A DNA stretch of 47,512 bases, taken from Thraustochytrium aureum. Taxonomy: Eukaryota. Under the pieces are notes generated by a model. The model was not told where the DNA came from, ran no database searches, and saw only the letters and a program-made list of their open reading frames with translations. The translations under genes and the position numbers were made by a program. The stretch lies in contig BLSG01000006.1 in assembly GCA_012862495.1 (NCBI GenBank), positions 1 through 47,512 on the forward strand, read 5' to 3'. Shown here piece after piece: positions 32,014-43,674 of this stretch. Position 1 is the stretch's first letter; the number at the start of each line of letters is the position of its first letter.

Positions 32014-32942
32014 CTGTTGGCCAACTGCGCGGGGATGCGAAACTGACTGGCCTCTGTGGCCCTTGCGCCCGCAGAGGCAGAGTCTTTTCGCGGCCACCTG
32101 CCTTGCGCCTGGGGCTCGCGCAAGCGCCTCTTCTCGCTCTAAGCATGTCCGGCATGGCTTCGCGGGTTCGAAAGGCATTCTGGCCACCGACAGCCTTCGG
32201 AAATCTGCCGCCTGCCATGTCCAGTAGACCGACCCGCCGCACTGCCTTCCAATCCTCTTGTTCACTTTCTATCTCCGNNNNNNNNNNNNNNNNNNNNNNN
32301 NNNNNNNNNNNNNNNNNNNNNNNNNNNNNNNNNNNNNNNNNNNNNNNNNNNNNNNNNNNNNNNNNNNNNNNNNNNNNNNNNNNNNNNNNNNNNNNNNNNN
32401 NNNNNNNNNNNNNNNNNNNNNNNNNNNNNNNNNNNNNNNNNNNNNNNNNNNNNNNNNNNNNNNNNNNNNNNNNNNNNNNNNNNNNNNNNNNNNNNNNNNN
32501 NNNNNNNNNNNNNNNNNNNNNNNNNNNNNNNNNNNNNNNNNNNNNNNNNNNNNNNNNNNNNNNNNNNNNNNNNNNNNNNNNNNNNNNNNNNNNNNNNNNN
32601 NNNNNNNNNNNNNNNNNNNNNNNNNNNNNNNNNNNNNNNNNNNNNNNNNNNNNNNNNNNNNNNNNNNNNNNNNNNNNNNNNNNNNNNNNNNNNNNNNNNN
32701 NNNNNNNNAGCACCTCGACCGCGCGAGTCCTTCACTCATGCACATGCACATCATCTCCGACATCCGACCAACATCAGCCAGTCTCCTTCTCTCCTCGCGC
32801 CTCCAACGCGAGCAGGAGCTGCGCGATAGGCGCTAGCGCAGAGTGACAAGGGGACCAAGGAGCCCCCAGCCCTGCTGCGCCTGGGAGGCGCTGGCCTTGT
32901 GCGCGCTTGGCCAAGTCCAGGATTGGCTTTCGTTGCGCGAGA

Positions 32943-33647
32943 ATGGCGGCCGAGACGCCCGCGAACGGCGCGCTGGCCGCGGAGAAGGCCGCGGATGGCG
33001 GCGTGTCGGTCGCGAGCTTGATTGATGCGCTTGGCGCTAGTCCTGGGGATGTGGGGCATTGCCAGAGGCTCGCCGAGGAGATTGAGGAAAAAAAGGGGGC
33101 GCGGACGTTCACCACGGCGGTGAGCTCCATGCTCGACGCGCTCGGCGCAAACAGCGCGGAAGGGTTTGCGAGCGCCAAGCGACTGGAGGAAATCAAGGAG
33201 CGCCGCGAGGAGACGCTATTCACGAACGCGGCGGGTTCGCTCCTGGACGCCATCGACGACGTCAAACACAGCAAGCCGTCGTTGCTCGAGGACCACCACG
33301 GGGCCGCTAGCCAGGCCGCCTCGCTCGGCAAAGGCCTCTCGGTGATCGATCAGTTCGCGCTCCGCTTGCACCACAAGCAGGCTGGGCAGGGCGCCTTTGA
33401 GGGCTCAGCGCTGGCCTCCGCCGCCTTGGTGCGCAAGCCCAAGCCGAGCGGCAATTCCGCGCTGTCGAAGAAGGCTCGGCGACGCGCTGAGCAATCAAAG
33501 GCTCGCGGAATTGCGTACGCAGAGCGAGCGCAGCTCAAGAACCCGCTCGCCAGAGGCACAGGCAAGGGCGCAGCGGGGAAGAGCACCTCTGGCCCGACCC
33601 GCCGCAACCGGTCAAGGAATCGCGACACTCGAGCGAGCCTGATTTGA
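32943..33647 (+). CDS. Hypothetical protein with basic C-terminus
   Basis: 234-aa ATG ORF with coding-like codon bias and a K/R-rich tail (LSKKARRR..KARG.AYAER); no family recognised. Confidence 0.55.
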   Translation: MAAETPANGALAAEKAADGGVSVASLIDALGASPGDVGHCQRLAEEIEEKKGARTFTTAVSSMLDALGANSAEGFASAKRLEEIKERREETLFTNAAGSLLDAIDDVKHSKPSLLEDHHGAASQAASLGKGLSVIDQFALRLHHKQAGQGAFEGSALASAALVRKPKPSGNSALSKKARRRAEQSKARGIAYAERAQLKNPLARGTGKGAAGKSTSGPTRRNRSRNRDTRASLI

Positions 33648-33706
33648 GGCGCGCGGGGTGTACTCTACGGTATACCATACAGTGTTGGTTTTACGTGCTT
33701 TGCTTA

Positions 33707-35901
33707 CTACAGCCGTCTTTGTCGTTTGACAGTCTGATCTCTTCCTACGAAGAACGAGTTGATCGTGCCCGACGCCGCAGGCTGTGTGCGCGAGGGGTCG
33801 TTCCTAGCCCGCCCACTTTGGCGCGCAGCGCTCTCTATGACCGGCGATGCGCTCTGGCCCTCGTCGATTGTGCCCGGTGCCCCAGACTGTATGCGCGAGG
33901 ACTCGCTCCCACCTCGACCACTGCTATGTGCAACGCTCTCTATGACCGACGCGTTCAGACACTCGTCGACGTGCGCGTTGAGCTCGGCGTTGCTTGCCCC
34001 AGGCAATTTCGCGTTACACACTGGGCACACCATGCACGGGTCGCAGCTTTGCGCCGCGCCTGCGCCGTCGACAGCGCTTCGCGGCCCGCGCTGGCCTGGC
34101 CCAGGGGAAATCGCCTCGCGGGCCCTTGCTGCCCCGACCGCGCGGGGCAGACGCACTTGGGCCCGCCGTACAAGCGGGCGGCGTGCTGTCGACGCATGGC
34201 TCGTCGCTGCCTCCTGTGCTGCCGCTGCTTCCTGCCCCGGACTGTTCGCGAGCGCGAATCGTGCGCTGGCTTTGGTCGCGGGACGACTGCTGCGCAAAGA
34301 GGCTCTCGATACGGGCCTGCCACTCGCGCGGCCTTGATGGCGAGCGAGTTTCTTTGTCAGCTGGCGCGTCGTGCGCTGCCGACGACGCACCGTCGTCGAG
34401 GTGGCTCAGGCGCACGCCCATGAGACGCAATGTACAGGGGAGCTCCTTTACCAAGAGCGGGTGGGCGAGTCGGAATAGCTCGTCGCCGGACGGCTCGCAC
34501 GGCAATGCGGTGCTGAAGGTGATCTGGCGCTGCCGGACGTGAAAGTCGTTCGTCTTGAGCTTGAGGGTAAAGCAGCGACCTCGAATCCCTTTCTTCACGC
34601 AGTCTTGAGCCAGCTTTCTGCAGAGGTCCTGGCACATGTCTGAAAGCTCTGCAATGTTGCCCTTGTCCCTGAAGGTCCTCTCGAGGGAGATCGACTTGCG
34701 GGAGCGCGGGTTCGACTCGAACGGCACCGCGCTTGACTCCCTATCCTCGGTGCAGCACAGGCACACGCGCAGGAACCAGTCTGCGGACCGGGGCTTGAAG
34801 AGGAACGAGCAGAGGGCGCGGTTGCGCCACAGGTCGCCGACGTTTTGCACGTTCAGCGAGTCGGAGAGCAGCTTCTCTGTGACCTTGCCAATGCCTGGCA
34901 CCTTGCGGATCGGCTGAGAGTTCGAGCGAGGCCGAGTCGCCGCCCGCGCCGTTAGCTGTCTAGGCCCCGGTGCTGCCCTGGCAGCCACGCAAGCGCCTGC
35001 TGTGCGCGAGTCAGAGAAAACTTACGAGTTCGTGGACAAATGCTCGCATCGCAGATTTGGTCGCCGGAACCATGTGCTGCCCGTTCGGTTTGTTCATGTC
35101 GCTCGCTATCTTTGCAATCATCTTGGTCGCGGCGATCCCCGCAGAGCAGGTGAGCCGCGTCTTGTTCGACACGCGGCGGCGCATCTCCTGCACGGCTGCG
35201 AAAGCAAACTGCATCCGCTCCTCCGTAGTGCGGTCAGTGCCGAACTCTCTGTCGACGAAGGGGGTCAGGTCCATGTAAGCCTCGTCGATGGACCCGCTCA
35301 GATTGGGGTCATACTGGCGCAGCACTTGGCGCACCTCCTCGCTGGCGGCGCGGTACTTGGCAAAGCTGCCGCTCCCGCCGACGAAAACCAGTTCTGGGCA
35401 CAGCTTTTTGGCGATGAAGCCAGGCATTGCGGACCGGACGCCGTACCTGCGCGCCTCGTAGTTGGCTGTGGAGATCATGCCGATGCCGCCCACTGCCACC
35501 GGTTTGCCGATCAGGCTCGGGTCGTCGCGCATCTCAACGGCCGCAAAAAACATGTCCATGTCCACCACGACAAAAATGCGGTCGAGTCGCAAGCTCGCGT
35601 CGAGGTCCTCTGCCTTGTTGTCGGCGCGAACGCGGTGGGCCTCGAGCACCGCTGGGCGCGCAAGGGCCAGTTTCTCCTTCATGGCCTTGACGCGCGCCTG
35701 CGTCTTGGCGTCCTGCCGCTGCGCGTTCTTGAAGAAGCTGGAGTCTTTGCTCATGTCGTAGATGACCTGGTTCACTTTGGCTTTGTCGACCTGGGTCATC
35801 CCGGCCTTCTCGTTGGCGAACACAAACAGATGCGCGAATTCGGACCCGGACCCATCTTCGCCAGCGAGCGCCTCTGCATCGCTTGGCCTTGGCTGCTCCA
35901 T
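33707..35901 (-). CDS. POLK: DNA polymerase kappa (DinB/Y family) with C-terminal UBZ4 zinc finger; one intron and one apparent frameshift near 34150
   Basis: KAGM N-clasp, VDMDMFFAAVE, STANYEAR.YGVRSAMPGFIAKKLCP, SIDEAY, AKIASDMNKPNGQ, PIRKVPGIGKV, RKSISLERTF, LRLMGVR, CPVC...LNAHVDECL. Confidence 0.92.
34914..35025 (-). other. Spliceosomal intron in Pol kappa
   Basis: GTAAGT donor, GCTAAC branch site, CTCTCAG acceptor on the minus strand; joins FVHEL|PIRKVPG. Confidence 0.9.
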
Positions 35902-36777
35902 GGCTGCTCCAGCGCTTCCACCTCACCCGTCCAGCCCGAGGCCCCGCAGAACCGAGCCGACCGCGAAATCCCGCCAGCACGAACTACCCTGCGAAGCGAG
36001 TGCGGAGAGAGAGAGAGAGAGAGCAGCACACCCTGAACGACAGGAAGGAGCCCGCCGCCAGCCAGACAGCGCGCACGCACGCGCGCACGCACGAGCGCAC
36101 CAAGGCGCCCACGCGCTCGTGTCTCTTGCGAGTCTGCCGCTCATGTTCATCACATTCGAACTTCAACAACAGCAGAGACGCGGAAAATTGGCAGAGGAAA
36201 ACGACGCGGGCGAATTTCGATTCCCTCCCCGCCGGCAGCGGCTGCTCCTCGCGCGCGCGGCCGCGGCGGCGGACGTCTCGCGCGTGCTGGACAGGCCCCA
36301 GCTTTGGGTTCGATTGCGCAGGTTATTGCTCCCGCAGGTCGGGTCGGTTTCGCCCCGTGGTGGTGTCCATGTCGGGTGCAAACTCTCTCGCGGTGAGCGG
36401 TTGCCTGCCAGCCAGGACGCTGGTTGCTGCAGGCTGGCGCTGGACTCCGGCGGCTCTCTGACTGGCCCAGTCGGGGCGTCTTTGCCCGTGGGTTGGCGGT
36501 CTTGCTTGCGGTGTTTCCGAGCCAAGTTCAGTGCGCGCCTCGACTCTCGACCTTCATCGTCGGGTTGAAGGGTGTCGAAGTTCTCCTCTCTCTAGCTCTA
36601 GCTAGAGAGTTTTGCGCCCGATGCTGGCGCGCCGTCGGTGCGCGCGAGCAGAGCTCAAACGATTGGCGACAAGGCTTGGGAGGCAGGCGCGGAAGCGGGC
36701 AGAGCCGATTGAATGCGAGGTGCTTGGGGCACGGGAAGCGCGCACTCGTCTGAAGCGCTCGTCGTGGGGGGTGGGCG

Positions 36778-37722
36778 ATGGCGTTGGTGAAAGACGTTGA
36801 CGGGGAGGTGCTGCAGCCGAGCGGCGACTACTTGGAGGCCGACCTGGAGCTGGTGCGGCAAAACTTGACGAGCGAGCAGCGCTTGTTAGCTGTCTACCGC
36901 ACAGACCCGCAGACCGTCAAGACCATCGCGACAGCGGCGAGGCGGCAGCTGACACTCATCCCATGCCTCTGGCCGTGTCTGCTCTGCTGTGGGTGGGCGC
37001 TTCCAAGCAGGGAGCGGTACTTGACTAACACGCTGCAAAACACCGTCTACTTTTGCACAGACAGCGGCCTCGGCCAAGTTGTGCGCAACTTTGAGCCCTG
37101 CCCAAGCCACATGCAGGGCAGCGCTGAGGCGAAGGAGATTGGTGGCCTAATCGAGTACGTTTTCCACCCGTGGAGCGACGTGCAGGGCATCCAAGCGTTC
37201 AACCCCCCAGGTGGCTTGCTCGGGCAAAGGGTCTCTGGCGTCCGCGTTGTGCTACCCGGCATTACAAGCACTGGTTGGGGTGACAACCTCAGTGTCAACC
37301 AGAATGCGATGGTTTGGCTCGTCAGCAACACCCAAGAGTGCATGAACACGCTCATGCAGCTGCGGAGGGAGACAGCAAGCCGCGGTGGCCTCGACGCAGG
37401 CGTCGTGACCGCGCTCACAGTGGACGATGAGGCTGCAAAAGCCAAGGCTGGATCGGCAAAAATCCGTGTTTTTGTCAAGCGAAGCGGGGTCGCCCCAGGC
37501 GAAAAAGCCGACGACAGTGACATCGAGGAGGCCGTCATGATGCTCGTTGCGCCAGAGTCCACCACAATGAGCGAGCTGTGCACGCAAGTCGACGACGCGC
37601 TGGGGCTCCCGAGCGGGCGCACGCCCGCCCACGCGCTCGCTCTGCGAAAAGACGGCGCCAGGGTGCGCATCACGTCGCCAGCCTTCTTGGAGTCGAACGA
37701 TGTGATCTTCGTCGACCCGTGA
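36778..37722 (+). CDS. Hypothetical protein with Cys-rich membrane-proximal segment and possible C-terminal ubiquitin-like/KHA-like domain
   Basis: 314-aa ATG ORF; LIPCLWPCLLCC; C-terminal IRVF...TMSELC.....LG.....DGARV......LESNDVIFV. Confidence 0.6.
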   Translation: MALVKDVDGEVLQPSGDYLEADLELVRQNLTSEQRLLAVYRTDPQTVKTIATAARRQLTLIPCLWPCLLCCGWALPSRERYLTNTLQNTVYFCTDSGLGQVVRNFEPCPSHMQGSAEAKEIGGLIEYVFHPWSDVQGIQAFNPPGGLLGQRVSGVRVVLPGITSTGWGDNLSVNQNAMVWLVSNTQECMNTLMQLRRETASRGGLDAGVVTALTVDDEAAKAKAGSAKIRVFVKRSGVAPGEKADDSDIEEAVMMLVAPESTTMSELCTQVDDALGLPSGRTPAHALALRKDGARVRITSPAFLESNDVIFVDP

Positions 37723-37845
37723 GCCCGTCGCCCGGGCGGGCCCACTGCGGCCACTGGTGCCGTGCTGCGTCTGTGGAACAAACCGAACGAACTTGTTCCA
37801 GCTCTTTTGCTTTTGCTTTTTTTTCATGAACAAGGCTCGAGATTG

Positions 37846-40409
37846 ATGCGATGCGAGATGAAGGAAGAGAGCTTGGGTCTCCAACGGCGCCAGCCTCGCA
37901 GCATGGAGGCGCACGAGCGGCCCCGCGACCTGCTAGAGGAGATCGAGATCAGCCCCGTGGCGCGGTGGCGGCTGTACGGCGTTTGGCCGACACGACAGCT
38001 GGCCCAGCTGGTCGTCATTGGCAGCGCCATCCTGCACGTGGCGCTCCTGGAGCACGTCCTGGCGAGCTTTTCAGCAAACTTTGAGCGCAACTGCTTCAAC
38101 CTCATCTTTGCGGGGTCGCTGCAGCATGACGCCTTTAGCCGGCACGGTGGGTTTGACTTTGACGCGGAGGACTTTCACGCGAACGAGTTTGTCGTGTTCA
38201 ACACGAGCGACGCACAGCTGCAGTTGGTCAACGTGGTGGAGAACTACTTCGCCTTGACGCAGCAGACAGTCGACTACGTGCGAGTTGCTGACGCGCTCGA
38301 CCCGGACAACCCAGTCGCTCTGCCGCGCCTGCACCTGGTCGTGTCGGACGAAAACGGCACTGACGTTTGGCTCGTGGTGTCGGCCCCGGCAGACCTCGGG
38401 CCGCTCGCCCCAAGCGAGCCAAAGGCCGCTGTGTCCAAATTTATCCACGATCTGGAGCTTATGGAGCTCTTCCTCAGCATCGAGTCGCAAAACCCCGCGC
38501 AGTGGTACCTGACGCGAGACCTGTGCGTGCTGTGGGAGTACCGATTCGCATTCGAGCGCGAGAACGGCGCCGGCCCCTTCTTTGCAACAATCCGCCAGAA
38601 GAGCGAGCAGCGCTGTGCGGCGCGAGCGGCGCCTTCTTTGACCATGCCGATTCTCTGGCTCCATGGCTGGCTCGTCGTTGCATGCATAGTCCACTTTGGG
38701 ACAGCCCTTGCGCGGGTGTGGCGCGGGGTCGCTGTGATAAAGGTTTTGCGTGGGGCTTTCTCTGCGAGGGCGAGCAAGGCCGCCGCGCGCCCTGGGGTCT
38801 TTATTGCTGGTTCTGCCCAGTGCCCTCCTGGGGCCTCGTCACTTGCAGAAGCTGCCAGCGCGCAAGTCAGCTCGGCGCGGCGGCCGCGGCTGCACTCCAA
38901 GTCGCGCCGGCTGCGCTCTGCGTCGCTCTTGGTGGCGCCCCCCCCCCCGCCCGCCCTCTCCAGCGACGCCGCTTCTCGGTAGAGGGTCCGCGCCAGCCCA
39001 CGGCCTCGACGAGGCCCCAGAGAGCCACAGAGTCGTGCAGGCGGCCGCCCGCGAATGCGACTGTTGCTGGTGGCAGTTCCGAAGCAGCTGCAGAGCCATG
39101 CGACGAGGGGCTGTCGCGCACGGGGTCGACGACGAGCTCAGAGGACTCTTCCGTTGGGGAGCCAGTTTCCTGGGGCGAGATCTGGTGGAACGACAAGCTC
39201 ACAATCATCAACTTGTGGAACCTCGTGTCCATCGCGGCAGACGGCTGCTTGCTGGCGTATTCCGCCGCCCAGGTCCTGGACTTGATGGGCGGCCACCCCC
39301 ACCTGTTTGTGAAACAAGAGTCGGGGTGGACGGCGGGAATTGTCAAGGTGCTGCTCGGGCTGGGCTGCGCTCTCCACTTGCTCGCCTTGCTCGAGTACGC
39401 CGAGTACAGTTTGGTAGACTACTTGTTCATTCAGGTCAACCGCGCCGCGCGCTCCGAAGTGGCCAAGATCATCGTCGGAGTCATCCCGATCACAATGGGG
39501 TACATCATCTTTGGCCTGTGCATGTACGGGGACCGCGTCCACCGCTTCGGGACGGTTGGCAACACTGCGGCCACGCTTTTCGCCGTCTGCATCGGCGACG
39601 AGATGTGGGCAACCTTCTTGGACGTGCAGACTGGCGACCCCACGATCCCTTTCTCGCTTCACGCCCTTTACCTGGCCTCGTTTGTGTGCATCCACCTCTA
39701 TGTCGTGGCAATGAGCATCCTGGCGGTTGTCGAGGAGGCCTTCATAACCCAGGGGCTCTGGCTGCTGGAGGCTGACGACAAAAGCGACGACGACTTTGCT
39801 GGGTCGTCTGCGCGGGCGCGGGCGATGGACGAGATCGACGCGCTGCTGTATGGAACACCATACATCGACCCGGTCGCCTCTTCACCAGGCCCGGACAGAC
39901 GGCAGCCGCTCCGCGGGCCGCCGCCGAGTCCCTTTGCGGGCGGGCTCGCCGCCGCCCGCTCGAGGTTGGGTCCGCCTCGAAATGAGAACGCCAGCCTGCA
40001 GACCACAGGGCCTTTCGGGCGAGAGAGTGAGGCGGCGTGGGGAAGCGCGCGGCGGGATGGTGGCCCCTTGGAAGCCCACGGTTCGCCTGCTTTGCTCTCG
40101 CGCAGCTTGGACAGCAGCGCGCGGTTCGGCGACTTTGCGGCTGACCGGGCGGCCACGTACACCCCGCCAGCTCCCAGCTCGCGGCGGGTTTTGCGGCAGT
40201 CGAGCGGGATCGCGCTGCACGTCTCTCGGACCGCTGCGCATATGCTAGAGCGTACATCGTGGCGGGGCAGGCGGGTGCGGCGGAGCCGAGGGAGCGCCGA
40301 GTTTGCTTCTGGCCTCTCTGACGACCAGGCGGACGACGAGCGGGCCCCGTCGCGCGGCCCTCGGGCGCGCACGAGTAGCTGCGCCAGCGCGCCGCACGAG
40401 GCCAGCTGA
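37846..40409 (+). CDS. Mucolipin/TRPML-like cation channel (frameshift at C11 run 38938-38948)
   Basis: N-terminal ISP..RW...G.WP...L.Q, large luminal loop, INLWN..SI..D, LLGLG, and pore region RFGTV..TAATLFAVCIGDEMWATF followed by S6 ..ILAVVEEAF. Confidence 0.8.
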
Positions 40410-40514
40410 AGTTGGCGGGTCTGAGCAAGGGCCAAGCCTGCACGGAGCGAGCGCGTCACGCTTTAATCGAGTAGCTAGCTAAAGTCAATCCACGTGTGGC
40501 CGCGCAACCCCAAG

Positions 40515-41219
40515 TCACGAGGAGAGGACGCCGCAGTCTATCACTCGGATTGGCGTTACCGGGGCACCTTGCACCTGGAACTCGCGAGAGACCTTCTCGA
40601 CGACGTCAAAGCCGTCCACGACCGCCCCGAAAGCCACGTTGCGGCCGTCAATGTGCGGGAGTGGCTTGAGCGAGATCATGAACACGGACGAGTTTTGGTG
40701 CACGCCGCCAGTCACCATGGAGAGGATGCCTGGCTTGCCGTGCCTGATAAAGAAGCCCTCGTCCCTGAAAAAGCGCTGGCCGAACGCCGAGTGGCCCCCC
40801 CTTCCGTTCGCCGCAAAGATGTCCCCAAGCGTGATCCAGGAATTCTTCATGATCTGGTGCACCACGGTGTCCTTGTACCCAAAGCTCGTGTCGGGCAAAG
40901 CGTCCGACTTGCCCTTGCCCTCGCACAGCTTCAGAAAATTATCGACAGTCCGGGGCAGCACGTCGCGCGCGAGCTCCACAGTGACGCGTCCAACCGGGTT
41001 CGACCCGATCGCAAAGTCCAGAAAAGCGCGTGGCCGCGGGTTGGGGCCGGCGTCCGGCACGACCGGCGGAAGCGCGGGCGCACTCTCCCAGTGTTCCGCC
41101 ACCTCGACCTTCCTCGCCCTCCGTTCATAATGCTTGAGCAGCCAGCCGGTGTTCTTCGCCCCGCGCCTCGTCACCAGCGCGGCGCGTCCGCGGCCGACGG
41201 GGCCGACGCGTCCAAGCAT
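40515..41219 (-). CDS. Cyclophilin-fold protein, probably mitochondrial, catalytically degenerate
   Basis: Arg-rich, acid-free presequence; AFLDFAIG...GRV.VEL..DVLPRTVDNF..LC.G, FRDEGF, H.KPGILSM, N.S.F.I, DGRNVAFG.VV.G. Confidence 0.85.
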   Translation of the reverse strand: MLGRVGPVGRGRAALVTRRGAKNTGWLLKHYERRARKVEVAEHWESAPALPPVVPDAGPNPRPRAFLDFAIGSNPVGRVTVELARDVLPRTVDNFLKLCEGKGKSDALPDTSFGYKDTVVHQIMKNSWITLGDIFAANGRGGHSAFGQRFFRDEGFFIRHGKPGILSMVTGGVHQNSSVFMISLKPLPHIDGRNVAFGAVVDGFDVVEKVSREFQVQGAPVTPIRVIDCGVLSS

Positions 41220-41888
41220 GGCGACCGACGGAAGGAGGAGGGCCCCGCGAGGCAACAGCAAGGCTGCAGCGACAGGCAGGGCAAGAACGCCGCAGTCGAA
41301 TCCGAAAACAGCGACAAAGACGCCCGCCCGCCCGCACGCACGCACGCACACAGCCAGCCAGCCAGCCAGGCACGCAGCCAGTCGGCCAGACAGGAACGCG
41401 CCCAGGAACGCAAGCCGCAGGCGCCGAGCCGCTCGGGCGCACTCAACAACCGCAGCCAGAAAGCGCCTCTGCTCGCCCGCTCGTCGCCCTGCATCACCAG
41501 AAACAGCGGGGCGATTGGCCCGCTATTATTTACGAAACCTAACCTTAACCTAGCAGCCCGCTCCGTGGACATCTGCAGGGCACGTCACTTCGGTACGGGT
41601 GGTGACGGGAGGCAGGATCCGGTGTTTACGGGTAGATCCGTTGTATATTGGTAGATCCATTTATATCTAAAAGATCCGTCTTTAGCGGCTATGTACGTTT
41701 CTCCCTGCTGCCCGTGATCCGTTGTTCATGGTTAGGTCCGCTGTCTCGTTAAACATCCCTTGTTAGTGGATTTATGCGCAGGTTTCCGTCTATAATGGAT
41801 AGATCCGTTGTCTCTGTTCCCTTCAAGACTCGATCTCCGTCAGCGTCACAGGACAGGCACTCGGCGAGCGAAAGGGCCCCGCCGGCGG

Positions 41889-41920
<32 letters not shown>

Positions 41921-41937
41921 TTGAGCTCTTGCGCACG

Positions 41938-43674
41938 ATGAGGGCTTCTGCCAGCGGCGCGAGCTCGACTACGAGCGGCACGGCAACGGCCGCCGCGCAG
42001 GAGGACGCCGAGGTCGGCGGCGCCGTGCCCTCGCTGCCGAATGCGTTCGCGGCGGCGGCGTGGGTCTCGTCGTTTCGCGACGCCGTCGGACTGGAGCTCG
42101 GCGCGCTCCACGTGGGCACGGAACGGGTGCAAGCCTACTCGGACGCCGTGCTGAGCATCGCGGCGACGCTGCTCGCCGTGCCGCTGCTCAAGGTGAACGA
42201 GGCGGCGAAGAAAGAGATTCTGGTCACTGGCGGGTCGCTGTTCGACGTGCTCACCTCGCCGTTCAGGCTGCAGGCGTTCGCGCGGTACTGGGTATCGTTC
42301 TGGTTTGTGTTTCTCGTGTTTGTTTGGAACGGGCGCGGGTTTCGGGGCATGGAGAGCGCCAACATCTTTTTGGTTCTTGCGAACTGGCTCGAGCTCCTGG
42401 CCACCAGCCTTCTGCCGTTCACCTCCGCGAGCGCGGCAAACGCCGACTCGGCGTCGGGCGGCCAGGGCGACGCCAGGGCATCGGTGGTGCGCCAACTTTA
42501 CGCCAACGTGCTGCTGATCACGATGGCGCACCTGGCGTTTCAGGGGCTCGCCACGTGGACGCACCGAATGTGGTTTTCGCGCCTCTATCTGGCGGAGGCC
42601 GGCGTGTTGTTCCTCATCTCGGTGGTGGCGCTCGCGGCGAGCTACGCCAACGTCGACCTCGCGATACTCTTGTACCTCCTCATGCCAGTCGTCTTGGGCG
42701 TGTTCAGCCGCAAGTTTGCCAACCTCAAGGCATCGCGTCTGGCAGACGCACGGCACGCCGCGCTGGCGCAGCAAAACTCGTCAACGCCGCCGTGTGGCCG
42801 CCACTCGCAGGACTCGCAACTCAGTGCCCCGCTGCTGGAGGGCGGCCGGGAGGACGACGCGCAGCTCTCGCCGGCGAGCCCCTCCGTCGTGGGTTCGCTT
42901 GAGCAGGAGGCCGCTCGCGAAGCTGCCGCGTTTGCGCAATTTAAAAAGCGCCTCGAGGCCTTCACAGACGGCGTTTTGGCCATCTCGGCGACGCTCATCG
43001 TGCTTGAAATCCAGCCCGTCCCGGCCTGCAAAGACTTGAACAACCTGGAAGACTGCGTGCTCCATTGGAGCGACGGGTGCAGGCCGGATCTGGACCTCAG
43101 CCAGCTCCAGTTCAGGTGCAGTTTTGACGAGGACGAGTCGCAGAGCAAGCGCAAGTGGCAGATGCTCACGTACGCGGGCTCGTTCGTGATCATCAACCTG
43201 TTGTGGACTCTGCACCACATCCTCTTCGACACGATCATTCGGCCAGAGGCGGCCTGGGACATGTGGACACGACTGCTGAACGGCCACTTTTGCATCTTTG
43301 TGTCCCTGCTGCCGAGCGCGCTCAACTTGGTAACTGACTACGCAATTGAGCCGGTGACCAAGCACAAGGTCAAGCCGTTCCAGCCCAAGGGGGGCATCGA
43401 CCCGGATGAGCAAGCTGCCGCTACGGCCTGTGCGTTCGCCGGCCTCGTCCTCTTCTTCGCTTCAGCGTGCCTGCTTGGCGCACTGGTGCACCATCAGTGG
43501 CGGGCGGCGCGCAAGATCCAGCCTCGCGATTGGCTGCGCTTCGCCATTGTGCCCTTCATCTCGCTGCTTGTTGTCGTCCTGGCCAGCACCGGCGTGAACA
43601 AGGTCGCGCTCTGGCCCTTGTTCGGAATCCCAGCGGCCTTTTTGGCCGTGCGCCTCGGCCTTGGCGGCGATTGA
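41938..43674 (+). CDS. TMEM175-like endolysosomal K+/H+ channel (two-repeat form)
   Basis: Two RxxxFSD-type helices, RVQAYSDAVLSIAATLL and RLEAFTDGVLAISATLIVLEI, each followed by several TM segments. Confidence 0.85.
   Translation: MRASASGASSTTSGTATAAAQEDAEVGGAVPSLPNAFAAAAWVSSFRDAVGLELGALHVGTERVQAYSDAVLSIAATLLAVPLLKVNEAAKKEILVTGGSLFDVLTSPFRLQAFARYWVSFWFVFLVFVWNGRGFRGMESANIFLVLANWLELLATSLLPFTSASAANADSASGGQGDARASVVRQLYANVLLITMAHLAFQGLATWTHRMWFSRLYLAEAGVLFLISVVALAASYANVDLAILLYLLMPVVLGVFSRKFANLKASRLADARHAALAQQNSSTPPCGRHSQDSQLSAPLLEGGREDDAQLSPASPSVVGSLEQEAAREAAAFAQFKKRLEAFTDGVLAISATLIVLEIQPVPACKDLNNLEDCVLHWSDGCRPDLDLSQLQFRCSFDEDESQSKRKWQMLTYAGSFVIINLLWTLHHILFDTIIRPEAAWDMWTRLLNGHFCIFVSLLPSALNLVTDYAIEPVTKHKVKPFQPKGGIDPDEQAAATACAFAGLVLFFASACLLGALVHHQWRAARKIQPRDWLRFAIVPFISLLVVVLASTGVNKVALWPLFGIPAAFLAVRLGLGGD

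Noticed and set aside
1726..32708. Long ORFs running through N-gaps
   Set aside because: Artefacts of translating N as X; gap lengths are estimates, so frames across gaps carry no information
34010..34400. UBZ4 zinc finger out of frame with the Pol kappa core
   Set aside because: A single indel in a GC-rich linker explains it; similar errors occur elsewhere in the window
38930..38985. Possible programmed frameshift or split gene in the TRPML-like channel
   Set aside because: The shift coincides with an 11-C homopolymer, a typical assembly error; no supporting stimulatory structure seen
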